NCBI GenBank assembly: GCA_963667465.2
Contig: CAXXDN010000002.1
Coordinates: 1,760,001 to 1,824,000 of the forward strand
Direction: 5' to 3'
DNA: 64,000 nt
Origin: Dehalococcoidia bacterium
GTDB lineage: Bacteria > Chloroflexota > Dehalococcoidia > UBA2979
The notes beneath the pieces were generated by a model, which was not told the origin of the DNA, made no database searches, and saw only the letters and a program-made list of their open reading frames with translations. How positions within the stretch are numbered: the first letter of the stretch is position 1; each line of letters opens with the position of its first letter. Position numbers and translations under genes: made by a program. This document shows positions 28,401 through 38,025 of this stretch, one piece after another.

Positions 28401-30648
28401 CTTGATGTACTGGCCTTCGTCCGCCTCAACGAGCGAGTAACTGCGAGCAGTTGCGCCGGCGATTTCTGAATCCTCGCTACCGTCGTTCCGGATCCATTGG
28501 TAACTGAAGGTCGCATTGGTCATACCGTTGGCGTCCGACATCCCCGAGGATTCTGCCGTCAATGTCTCACCAACACGTGCGGTACCACTGATAGTCGGAG
28601 CGCCTGCCGCAGACACGTTGGAGTCCTTGATCAGCCCGGTTGCCGTGCCAACCACGAAGGCTGCGCCAGACGGATTGGAAAGCGTCAATGTTACGGTCTC
28701 ATCACCCTCAACGACGTCGTCATCTTTCAGCTGCACCAACACCACTTTCTCGGTGTCGCCCGGTTCGAAGATGAGTGTCCCGCTGTCAGCGACGTAGTCA
28801 GCTCCCGCCGTTGCAGTGCCATCTGAGGTCGTGTATTCGACCGATACCTGTTCAGATGCTGCGGGGCGCAACATGACCGCAAAAGCCAGCTGTTCGGTGG
28901 CTCCTTCAGGTGCGGTTTCACCCTGCACCCTCACACCCGTGTACTGAGGAGTATACGTTGCCACCCTATAGGTGGAGCGATAGCAGCTACCGCCCCTATA
29001 GTCCGTTACGTGGAACAACGCTTTATCGACGTACACGGGCCAACCGTCAAGCATGCTCGCCCGGCGAGAAGAAGTGACCTCACGCAGGTGTGCTTCCTTG
29101 TTGCTAAGTTGGACATCATATGTGAGTGCAGTTGTTCCCTGTGAGGCCCACGCAGTGTAATTGTGAGTTGTGGAACTGAAGGTAGGGCTGAAGGAAGTCA
29201 GGCTTCCTCCCACCGCTGTCACCTCAAGGCCTTCGGCTTGCGTGTATTGGAAGCCATCGATGCACGTTGTAGCTGCGACGAAACCGGTAAGCGAACTGGT
29301 ATACGGACCTGAACGGTTGTTTCGCTCGTCCGTGAGCCACACCTGAACCCTGAGCTTGTGGCTTTGGTCTTCTAGCTTTACGACATACGATTTGCCGAAC
29401 CCGTCGTTGACGTCCACAATAGCTCCGGTGTCGGCATCCTGACGCTGCCATTGGTAGTCGTAGGTGTAGACGGGATTGCCGATGTTGCCATTACCCTTGT
29501 CGTTCTTGGGCTGGTTTCTGTCATCGGGATTGGACAGGTTGCTGACTCCTGCAGTCAGAGTCTTGGCCACCTGCGCACTGCCGCTGATGCTGGGTTTGTT
29601 GTTTGGATTTCCGATAATCGATTTGCCCACGGGAGGTGGAGTAGTCCTCTCCTCGCCCTTGATCTGAATCATGGCAACCCAGCCTCGGTTAAGGATCCAT
29701 CGATTGCCATAGTAAGCGCTGTAAAGGTAATTTTGGTTCTCTAGACTCCATGATGAGTCGTTCGTCGGGTCTTCGTTCCCTGATCTCGTCTGGGCTCGCC
29801 GAAGTATTCCATACTCCCGCTGGGGGAAGAACGAAGTGGGTCTCTGCCCGACTTCCACCCAGTATGTGGTGTTGGCTTTCAGCGCGACCCCTTCGCTCGG
29901 AGCTGTCCAGGTATTGAGTGCCCCAAGTCTGATGTCCGAGGAATGGACCCTGAAGCTTGATGGATTGACCATCGTGGCGATGATCCTGCCCGGTGTGTTG
30001 CCATTGTTGTTTTCCCGGATCAACATCTCATACCAGTACGGGTCAAAGGTTCCACCCCCTGGAGTGCCACCAAGCAGCGTTGAAATGGTGGTGATGTCGT
30101 AGCCGTCGGCGTGGTCGCCGGTCGTGAAGCGCTGCGCGATTCGGGCCGCATTGATGTTTTCAGGATTCTGCAACCAGTTGCTGACGAGCGTGTCGGTGTT
30201 GTCGTCGTCGGCTACGTGGACCCTCATAGTCTGTTGTCTGTTGTTGAAGCCGCCGCCGTTAAGGGTCAGGGTGACCTCTTTGCGCTCATCGTTACTATCG
30301 GAGTCGGTGACCGGTGTCACCGTAACGGTCTGAGTGTCGCTATAGTTTGTGGTTGTGAAGGTCCGGGTGGCCGGTGACACGGTGACGGCTCCGGTATCGT
30401 TGGAGCGGATGGTCATGGTGACGTTGCCCGTGGGAGCGTTTCGGAGCGCAATGTTAAACGAAGCGCTACTTCCCCCCCTCGGAGAGCAAGATGAACTGCG
30501 GGTCGATCTCTAGGTCACTTGTCTGGGCTTGAATTGGATTGTCCGGGCCGCTTAGCCAGACCGTGAGCGCGATGAGCACGACCAAAGTAGTGGTCACGGC
30601 CCTACGGCTTCTGCGTGCCAAGGCTCGCATGTCTCTTGAACTGCTCAT
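25488..30648 (-). CDS. Large adhesin-like surface protein (8 Ig-like repeats, Calx-beta, cadherin-like domain), frameshifted after its signal peptide
   Basis: ORF 25488..30416 has 8 repeats of type ISGTAQVGQTLTADTSGISDADG...YQW and Calx-beta YTTSDGTATAGADY...EGDET. The signal-peptide ORF 30466..30648 fuses in frame if the G7 tract (30472..30478) is G6. Confidence 0.85.
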
Positions 30649-30705
30649 CTCAACGGGTCCTTTCCGCTTGGATTCACCGAGGGGCTGCCTTCAAGGGGTG
30701 TGGAG

Positions 30706-31191
30706 TCATGCATCGGTAGTCCCGCGACATCCCGCGGGCAGTGCATGACGCTGGGGTGGTACGTCTGTGGCCAGGGCCCGGGCTCGCTGCTGAACCATCT
30801 CGTCCGGGACCCCGAAGTGCTCGGCGATCTCCCACGAATCGACGAGACCCGCGGCTCGCGCCTCTTCAGCGTCGACGAGTAGCCCGTACGCAAAGTCCTC
30901 GGCTTCTCGCTCGTAGCGTTTGGCAAGGACCGCGTGATCGCGCAGGAGGAGGTGGTTACCTCGATGCAGAAGCCGATGCGCGATGGCGTGGGCGATGACC
31001 CACCGTCGCCACTCAGGTTCCAATCGCTCGGCAACGACAACGATGCCGTCCACTTGCAACTCGCTGAGGACTTCGAGCGGCCACGGCTGCACTTCCAGCC
31101 CAAGGCCATTGGCCACCGCTTCAGCATCAACACGACCCTCCAGGCCCAGTTCCTGCCGCAGCGTGGAGCCTCGCTGCTGAGCCCGATTCAT
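30706..31191 (-). CDS. ImmA/IrrE-family protein, copy 2 (HAIAH)
   Basis: Collinear with copy 1 from MNRAQQRG to AEHFGVPDE. Confidence 0.85.
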   Translation of the reverse strand: MNRAQQRGSTLRQELGLEGRVDAEAVANGLGLEVQPWPLEVLSELQVDGIVVVAERLEPEWRRWVIAHAIAHRLLHRGNHLLLRDHAVLAKRYEREAEDFAYGLLVDAEEARAAGLVDSWEIAEHFGVPDEMVQQRARALATDVPPQRHALPAGCRGTTDA

Positions 31192-31356
31192 CGTTTTGTG
31201 GTGCCTCTACCCCGCTACGCCCTTGCAGCACCGGCATCAGGGCGAAGCCGCCGTGAGGCTGTGAAGATGGCTCGATGAAGCCCGGAGTCGCGTGAGTGTG
31301 CTGGGGGTGTGCAATTTCGTCGGGGTCGTGAGGGGCGGCTCTCGGAGCAGCCGTGT

Positions 31357-31373
31357 ATAAGTGCAGTTATCCA
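31357..31373. repeat. Left 17-bp inverted repeat, putative tyrosine-recombinase core site
   Basis: ATAAGTGCAGTTATCCA, exact reverse complement of 32779..32795. Confidence 0.85.
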
Positions 31374-31544
31374 CCCCTTAGCTCTCTAGTCGCGATGACT
31401 GGCGGACGTGACGCGTGCCCCACGGGACCACGAGTGCTGCCTACCAAGCGGAAGCCACCCGAGCCGCTCAGGGGGATAGCCCGGTACGGCGTGGAGAGCG
31501 AGCCAGGGGGAGCCTGCCCCCTCGCTCTGGGACCTGCGGTTGAG

Positions 31545-32693
31545 ATGCACCGGTTCTGGGGAGTTGGGAACCTCGCGGATAGTGCTGCAGCCCTGCGTTC
31601 GGCGGCTGACTCCGGCTGGGCAGAGTCTCAAGCTGCGCCCCCCGACCTGAGCGCCGGTCCCACGGGGGCAGATGGGGTCGGGGTGGTTGGTGAGACGCTG
31701 CCGGACGGCGTAGCCGTGAGCGTGCCTGACCCCCTCTCAGAGGGTGCCGCTCAGTTGACGGAGTCCGATGTCGTCAACCTTGCTGGGCTCCTCGACCACG
31801 AGGTCGCCAGGAATACCGTGAGGAGCTATCGGAGCCAGTGGGGGAGCTTCCTCGCGTGGGCGATGCGACGGGGTGTTCCCGCCCTTCCTGCTGAGCCGGC
31901 GCACGTCGCTGCTTACCTTGCGGAGCGCATCGAGGAACTCGGGCACAAGCCGGCAACGCTGCGAGCGGCAGCCGCAGCCATCGGGTTCGTCCACCGGGCG
32001 GCAGGGTTCGACAACCCATGCGTTCGGCCGGAGGTGAAGAGGACGCTCAGGAGCGCCACGCGAAAAGCCGGCAGGGCACAGAAGCAGGCCAAGGGGCTGA
32101 CAGCAGACGGGCTCGCCGCGATCCGGTCGACAGCCTGCGAGCCGCGAGCCGGCAGGGGCGGGCGGCCGGAGAGTGCGGAGACTGCGGAGTCCCGAGGCAG
32201 GCTGGACATCGCGGTAATCAGCCTCATGCGCGACGCCATGCTGAGGGTCTCAGAGGCCGCGGCCCTGACCTGGCTGGACATAGAAGAGGAACCTGACGGG
32301 ACGGGGCGCCTCCTGATTCGGCGCTCCAAGACGGATCCTGAGGGTTCCGGTGTTGTCGCGTTCGTGTCCGCCCCGACCATGGAGGCGCTCGGATCGATAC
32401 GAAACGGTGCCCCGACCAGCGCCAACATATTCGGGCTGCGGCCAAACCAGATGTCGAAGCGCATCAAGAAAGCCGCGCAGGCGGCGGGGCTCGGGGACGG
32501 CTTCAGCGGTCACTCGCCACGGGTGGGGATGGCACAGGACCTTGTGCGGGCTGGCGTCGAGTTGCCCGGCCTCATGACGGCCGGGCGGTGGCGCACACCC
32601 GCCATGCCAGCGCGCTATACCCGCAATGAGACCGCCAGCAGGGGCGCCATAGCGCAGTTCTACCGCACCTACCCCCTGGCCAGCCGAGCGTGA
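31545..32693 (+). CDS. Cre-like tyrosine recombinase (start uncertain, possibly as late as TTG 31755)
   Basis: N-terminal ARNTVRSYRSQWGSFLAW; catalytic residues MLRVSE (R), RSKTD (K), HSPR, GRW, RY. Confidence 0.92.
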   Translation: MHRFWGVGNLADSAAALRSAADSGWAESQAAPPDLSAGPTGADGVGVVGETLPDGVAVSVPDPLSEGAAQLTESDVVNLAGLLDHEVARNTVRSYRSQWGSFLAWAMRRGVPALPAEPAHVAAYLAERIEELGHKPATLRAAAAAIGFVHRAAGFDNPCVRPEVKRTLRSATRKAGRAQKQAKGLTADGLAAIRSTACEPRAGRGGRPESAETAESRGRLDIAVISLMRDAMLRVSEAAALTWLDIEEEPDGTGRLLIRRSKTDPEGSGVVAFVSAPTMEALGSIRNGAPTSANIFGLRPNQMSKRIKKAAQAAGLGDGFSGHSPRVGMAQDLVRAGVELPGLMTAGRWRTPAMPARYTRNETASRGAIAQFYRTYPLASRA

Positions 32694-32778
32694 GCGAGGA
32701 CCAGGAGGAGTTTGCAGAGTATCAGTAGCCCGTAGTAGGCTCCGCCGGAGCAACCATCAATGCCGAGGAGTCAAGCGA

Positions 32779-32795
32779 TGGATAACTGCACTTAT
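32779..32795. repeat. Right 17-bp inverted repeat, putative tyrosine-recombinase core site
   Basis: TGGATAACTGCACTTAT. Confidence 0.85.
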
Positions 32796-33093
32796 TCTCG
32801 CTTTGATTGTGAAGAACTGAACGACTAACCGCGTTCTTTAGTGACTGAAGCGGCCCCATCTTATCCTGCTCCTCGCGAAGCTGGTCGAAGACCACATAGC
32901 TGCCTACTTGTATTGTACTCTTTGAGCTATTGTGTGGCAGTAATCGGACTGTAAGGAAACTGCATCAGCGCGACCGCATTTGACTCGACCTTGATGTAGC
33001 GCCGAATCCCGAGGATCCACCTCGGGGGTGCTGACTTACTGGCCCCGTGCGGGACCGTGCCTCTATCCAGGGAGGGTCCCTACCGGCCGCGAT

Positions 33094-33462
33094 TCATCGC
33101 TCGCTGCGCAGTCTCTCGCGGTGTTGAGCCCGAACGAACTTGATGAAGTTGTGAATCGACTCGACATCCTCAGGCGGGAGGCCGGTAACCGCGTCGCGGA
33201 ATGAGACCTCCGCGGCTTTGAGCAACTCGGACTCGACGACGGATTGCCCCAGGAGATGCTCGGGGCTCGTCTCGCAGTGGAACGCCACCTCGACGAGGTG
33301 TTCGTGCTGGGGCTTCATGCGCCCCGCCTCCCACGCCCAGACCGTGTGCGAAGCAACGCCGACGAGCTCACCGAGTTGGCGCTGGGTCAGGCCTACTCCC
33401 TTGCGCGCCTCACGGATGCGCGCCCCAAGGTCCTTCCAGCGGTATCCGCGATCCCTGGTCAT
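33094..33462 (-). CDS. XRE-family repressor (ImmR/CI-like)
   Basis: LGARIREARKGVGLTQRQLGELVGVASHTVWAWEAGRMKP. Confidence 0.9.
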   Translation of the reverse strand: MTRDRGYRWKDLGARIREARKGVGLTQRQLGELVGVASHTVWAWEAGRMKPQHEHLVEVAFHCETSPEHLLGQSVVESELLKAAEVSFRDAVTGLPPEDVESIHNFIKFVRAQHRERLRSER

Positions 33463-33527
33463 GCGTTGAGGGCCCCTGTCCTTCGCCCGCCGAGGGAGAT
33501 TGCGCCAACAGGATAGAACGGGTGTTC

Positions 33528-33562
33528 TTGACATGCACTGTGGTCACGCATAGAGTACCACA
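33528..33562 (+). promoter_or_regulatory. Sigma70-type promoter with overlapping inverted repeat
   Basis: TTGACA (33528..33533), 17 bp, TAGAGT (33551..33556). TGTGGT (33539..33544) and ACCACA (33557..33562) flank the -10. Confidence 0.7.
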
Positions 33563-33600
33563 CTGTCCAGACGCAGATCATCGAGGAACTACGCACCGCC

Positions 33601-33843
33601 ATGCCCCGCCGTCGAGCCGTGGTCAGACTCAAGCCCGAGCCGCTCTGGGAGCGGTTGGCCGTTCTCGGTCGCTCCCAGAACTGGCTCGCGCGCGAGGCCG
33701 GGATCAGCCCCGGGTACCTGTCCATGCTCGTCAACGGCAAGCGCTCCCCATCTGGACGCCTCCGCCGGCGGTTGCAACGGATCCTCGAGGTGGAGGACTT
33801 CCATGAGCTGTTCACCTTCGGGTCCACGCCAGACGAACCGTAG
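33601..33843 (+). CDS. Cro-like XRE HTH protein
   Basis: SQNWLAREAGISPGYLSMLVNGKRSPS. Confidence 0.85.
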   Translation: MPRRRAVVRLKPEPLWERLAVLGRSQNWLAREAGISPGYLSMLVNGKRSPSGRLRRRLQRILEVEDFHELFTFGSTPDEP

Positions 33844-33880
33844 GAGTTCGCCCCGGCTTCCGTTTCACGGCGGCGGACCG

Positions 33881-34153
33881 GTGATTGCTGGCCGTCCCGT
33901 GCCCTACCCGAGCGGCGAGTTGCCCGAGGACTTCCCGGAGCGGCTCGAACGGCTGAAGCACGCGAGTGGCCTCTCATGGGACGCCTTCGCCGAAGCCCTG
34001 GGCGTCGAACGCAAGCAGGTACTCCGCTGGCGTCGCGGCACCGAGCCCAGCGGCAGCGCCTACCACGCCCTCGTCGAGCTGGCCCGCTGGATCCCGGGCG
34101 GTATCGAGATCCTCTTCGGCGAGGACTTCTTCCCGTCCCCGGACGGGAGGTAG
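33881..34153 (+). CDS. XRE HTH protein
   Basis: DFPERLERLKHASGLSWDAFAEALGVERKQVLRWRRGTEPS. Confidence 0.8.
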   Translation: MIAGRPVPYPSGELPEDFPERLERLKHASGLSWDAFAEALGVERKQVLRWRRGTEPSGSAYHALVELARWIPGGIEILFGEDFFPSPDGR

Positions 34154-34156
34154 GTC

Positions 34157-34420
34157 ATGCCGCGACGTCGAGCGCGGCCCCGGCGGGTCGCCTACGCACA
34201 CCCCAACGGATTCGCCAGGAGCCTCGTCCGCATCAAAGAGGCGTCCGGTCTGACATGGGCGGCGCTCGCCCGCGAGCTCGGGACCACCACGCTCAACGTC
34301 TGGCGATGGCGGAAGGGCGTGCGCCCCAACGCGCACCACCTGCTCGCCCTCCAGGACCTGGCCCGTCGGATGGACCTCGAGCACCTACTACCGAGGGCGC
34401 ACGTGCGGCGGCGCCTGTAG
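34157..34420 (+). CDS. XRE HTH protein, paralog of the preceding gene
   Basis: FARSLVRIKEASGLTWAALARELGTTTLNVWRWRKGVRPN. Confidence 0.8.
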   Translation: MPRRRARPRRVAYAHPNGFARSLVRIKEASGLTWAALARELGTTTLNVWRWRKGVRPNAHHLLALQDLARRMDLEHLLPRAHVRRRL

Positions 34421-34502
34421 GCGACAGGTCCATCATTGGAACCGCTACCAGGACGCGGACTCGGGCGACCGGTCCACTAGCGCCGACGGCCCGCTCGTCG
34501 CA

Positions 34503-37500
34503 TCAGGCTCCACTGAAGACGAACGCCGCCCAGAAGGATGGTGCGCTGTACCGTGCCGACCCATTCGAGACGCTCGACGACCGGCGGCCACGGGGCAGCG
34601 CGCGCAGTGGCGCTCGCATTGATTCATAAGCATCGAGCTCAGCTTCGTCCGCATCGCGCAGCCAGAGCTGAGCTTCGCGGAGCGCGGCCGCTGGTGGCCT
34701 CTTCGCGAGGAAGAGCTCCTCGTAGAACCTGGATACGATGAGGGCAGTTGCGAAGTCGTCCACCTCCCAGAGCGTCGAGATGACGCCTGCAGCCCCCGCG
34801 GCGACGAAAGCCGTCGCGAGGCCGAGAGCTTCATCCACCGCTTCGTACTCTTGGACCACACCTGTCTCGCACGCGGATGCGACCACGAGTCGGGCAGGGA
34901 TCTCCAGGCCGGCAACTTCGAGGGCGGAGAGTTCTTCCTCCCCTGAGAGCGACAGGGCCGCCGAGAGCAGTGGGTCCAAGAGTCCGCCTCCGCCGTGGCA
35001 GGCGAAGTGGACGTGCGTCGCTGGCGGCAGTACCTCCAACACCCGCTCCTTCGTCGCCTCTGCTCCCTTTAGCACCAGACTCTGTGCCGCCGGCACGAGT
35101 GCTTCAACGAGCTCGATCTCGAGTTCAGCTCCGTTGAGCGGGCGTGAGTGAGGGAGGGGGTTAGCGATCCCAACAAAACGAATCGGATCACTATCCTGCC
35201 GAGATGCGCGTTGCATGCAGGCGAGTTGGAGCCGAGCCGACGGGGCGAACGTCACATCGAAGTCGTCGATCAAGCACCGCTGACTCCCGGCAGGATCCCT
35301 CCAGGCAATAGCATGTAGCGGCATCAGCCCGAGGAGTCCCGCAGGGACCAGCGTGACACCGGACGCGCCGCGACCAGCCAGCGAGTCTGCGAGAGGGCGA
35401 AGCAGTTGTTCACCGATGAGGGGCGAGAGGGCCGCGATGGCTGTATCGAGATGCTCCGGCGCGTGCGCTTGGGCGGCCAGATATGCAGCCGAGCCCACGT
35501 GGGTCCCGTCCGCATCAAGACCCATCATCGCCATGCGAACGATCGCCTGCGAGTCACAATCAGGCGCGTGGATCGCCTCGACCTCTATGCCGGTATCGTC
35601 AGTTCTGTCCACGATGATCGCGAACGAGCCTCCGGGTGCGGAGCCTAGGTAGACGAGCGGCCGTTGGGGCTGTGCAACCTTGCCGATCCCATCGAGAGTC
35701 GGAGGATCAAGAGCCTTCTCGAAGGTTGGGATCTGTCGCAAAGCGGAGCGGATCCGCGCGAACCGCTCCGAGCGATCCGACGCTGAGCGGTCCTCCAAGC
35801 CGAGGATGTCCGCCCGGAACGAAGCGATCGCATTCTCAAGTTCGACACGCAGGCCCGGATCGAGGTGGGACAGCGCACCGAGATCGATGCTTTCGGCCAA
35901 CGTAAGCAAGCCGAGCTCCCTGGTTCGCCCGAGTTCCAGCGCCGTCACGGCCTTCTCTAGACGACCCGCGCGCACCAGTGCGTGTGCAGCGAAGCGAAAA
36001 TCTGTCGTGCTCTTGCTATGCTCCGACATCCGATCGTCGGCGTGCGAGTGGGTGGAGATCGCTGATGCTGCAGCCTCAATGAGGTGCTGTGCAGCATCTG
36101 CAGCGAGATCCACGTCGTCTCGCTCCTCTGCCAGCGCAATGAGGCGCCGACTGGCCTCGCGGGCCTCTGTCGGCCCCATGTCTGCCGACAAGGCGGTGAG
36201 TGCCATCTTCAGGGCTTCGATCGCGCCATCTTGATCGGCGCGTGCCGAGCGGATCTTTCCGATGGTGAACCATGCATGGCCAAAGCGGAGCGGCGACGCC
36301 CCCACCGGACTGAGTCGCACCGACTCCATGGCGCTCGCCTCGGCCCGATCTAGAAGCTCCGATTGATGAGCAGGGGCGATGCCAGCCAATTGCGAGAGCT
36401 GGTACTGCTGGGCGGCAAGATTGTGCTCGGCAGAAGCGAGGAGTGGGGCTTGGCTGGCAGAGCGCGCCCCGTCGCGCGCATTCGCGGTGTGACGGATGGC
36501 CCTACGCAGATTGGCCCCGCGATCGCCGGAGTCGGCACGCGCGTAGGCCATCCCAAGATGCAGTTGGGTGAAGGCCCAATTTCCGGGATCCCGCTCGCGT
36601 GACCGGTGATTCAGAGCAAGTTCAAGGTGTTCACGGGCCTGATCGACGTCACCTGCATCTCCGCGATTTAGAAGGAGGAGCGCGAGATTGGTCTGAGCCA
36701 TGGCCCAACTGTCGCGGTCGCCCGACTGCCATGACAGATCGATCGCGTCCCTGAGCAGTGTGATGCTCTGGGTGCGGCTCCATGCCGGATCGCCGCGCGG
36801 ACGGATCCCGAATGCCATGCTCAAGTTCATCAGAGTGGGGACTCGACGCTGCGGGTGATCGACGTCCGGGTGCGCGTCCAGGATCGAAATCACCATCCTG
36901 AGTAACTCGATGGCGCGTTCGATGTTCTGCTCGCGGTCTGCTCCCTCGCCCTCAAGGAGAGCCGCGGCTGTCCTGGCGGCTACTTCCGCCCGCCGCTCTG
37001 GATAGGTGCCCGACGGCAAGAAGTCCAGTAGATCTAGCCCGGCCTGAGCCAGTGCCTTCGGATCCGCTCCGCGCTTCGCATCCTCGAACGCGCGCTGCCG
37101 CGGAACGACCTCCTCATCCCAGAATCTGCGGATGACCGATTCGCGCACGGACCAGGCACCACTCAAGTCTCCCCGTCGGACGAGCTGCGCCGTTCGCAGC
37201 ATCGACTCGGCGAATCTCCGCCTGTCTTCAGTCGTGGCGCTTTCCAGATGCTGTCCGAGGCGCTGTTCCGCTTCGTCAGTCGCGATCTCCGGCCACCGCT
37301 CTACCACTTCGCGAAGTTGCTCCTCGCTCCCGACGAGCGCGAGGTCCTCAAGCCCACTCTCGATCCGCTGTCGCCTCTGATTGACCTCGATCGCCATCAG
37401 CAGTCTTCGATAAGCGGGTTCATGAGGAGCGGCGTCGCCTGCACCTGCTCTTAGCGCCTCGGCGTCGGCATCTATGTCCAGACCCACACCCGCCTCGAGC

Positions 37501-37886
37501 TCATCGAACGTAACCACTACGGGGGGGCCGGGGACTTCGCGAACGGCATCGCCCAACTCGTGTCGGACAACGGCGACTATATCGGCAAGGCCCTCGATTG
37601 GATCTAGATCGTCGTCGCTCGCGCGTGCCGCGATTAGAGGAGCTGCCTTCGCGAGGCGGAGCACAAGCAGCGGCATGGAGCGGTTCAGTGGCCGATCGCA
37701 ACTCGAGCACTTGGACTCGATCAGGTCCGGAAGTCGCTCAACCAGATCTGGGCGCTCAACGGCGTCGATCGCGAGCCACGTGACCTGCGAGGTCGCTTCG
37801 CCGCACCTAGCGCACTTCCAGTCCACGGTCCTGGCTTGGGATATCGGCATTTGGAACAGTCTCGGTTGCCGACGCAGCCCCGGCAC
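34503..37886 (-). CDS. CHAT (caspase-like) protease with N-terminal CpXC-like zinc domain and TPR-like helices (alternative start ATG 37850)
   Basis: CARC...ERPDL...CSSC; WAMAQTNLA/WAFTQLHLG repeats; HFACHG and SACETG dyad; STLWEVDD; FWAAF. Confidence 0.92.
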   Translation of the reverse strand: MPGLRRQPRLFQMPISQARTVDWKCARCGEATSQVTWLAIDAVERPDLVERLPDLIESKCSSCDRPLNRSMPLLVLRLAKAAPLIAARASDDDLDPIEGLADIVAVVRHELGDAVREVPGPPVVVTFDELEAGVGLDIDADAEALRAGAGDAAPHEPAYRRLLMAIEVNQRRQRIESGLEDLALVGSEEQLREVVERWPEIATDEAEQRLGQHLESATTEDRRRFAESMLRTAQLVRRGDLSGAWSVRESVIRRFWDEEVVPRQRAFEDAKRGADPKALAQAGLDLLDFLPSGTYPERRAEVAARTAAALLEGEGADREQNIERAIELLRMVISILDAHPDVDHPQRRVPTLMNLSMAFGIRPRGDPAWSRTQSITLLRDAIDLSWQSGDRDSWAMAQTNLALLLLNRGDAGDVDQAREHLELALNHRSRERDPGNWAFTQLHLGMAYARADSGDRGANLRRAIRHTANARDGARSASQAPLLASAEHNLAAQQYQLSQLAGIAPAHQSELLDRAEASAMESVRLSPVGASPLRFGHAWFTIGKIRSARADQDGAIEALKMALTALSADMGPTEAREASRRLIALAEERDDVDLAADAAQHLIEAAASAISTHSHADDRMSEHSKSTTDFRFAAHALVRAGRLEKAVTALELGRTRELGLLTLAESIDLGALSHLDPGLRVELENAIASFRADILGLEDRSASDRSERFARIRSALRQIPTFEKALDPPTLDGIGKVAQPQRPLVYLGSAPGGSFAIIVDRTDDTGIEVEAIHAPDCDSQAIVRMAMMGLDADGTHVGSAAYLAAQAHAPEHLDTAIAALSPLIGEQLLRPLADSLAGRGASGVTLVPAGLLGLMPLHAIAWRDPAGSQRCLIDDFDVTFAPSARLQLACMQRASRQDSDPIRFVGIANPLPHSRPLNGAELEIELVEALVPAAQSLVLKGAEATKERVLEVLPPATHVHFACHGGGGLLDPLLSAALSLSGEEELSALEVAGLEIPARLVVASACETGVVQEYEAVDEALGLATAFVAAGAAGVISTLWEVDDFATALIVSRFYEELFLAKRPPAAALREAQLWLRDADEAELDAYESMRAPLRALPRGRRSSSVSNGSARYSAPSFWAAFVFSGA

Positions 37887-38025
37887 TCATCCGTTGGAGG
37901 GCGGCGTTGATCGAAATCTCTTGAGCTTTGCGAATACCGCGAGGATCCCCAGCAGTCTCGCGCAACCGCGCTCCTCGACCAACCCTCCTCGCTCACCGGC
38001 TCTGACACGCCGGGGCCGTTCATGA

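Noticed and set aside
25488-28600. Similar repeats in the adhesin as a diversity-generating retroelement template/variable pair
   Set aside because: They are in-frame Ig-like domain repeats; no reverse transcriptase is present and no adenine-specific pattern was noticed.
31367-31375. DnaA-box-like TTATCCACC
   Set aside because: Single mismatched copy overlapping the recombinase inverted repeat; no box cluster and no dnaA in the window.
31353-31544. Long N-terminal extension of the tyrosine recombinase in the ORF track
   Set aside because: The start lies at the left inverted repeat and the extension is low-complexity; probably a non-coding leader.
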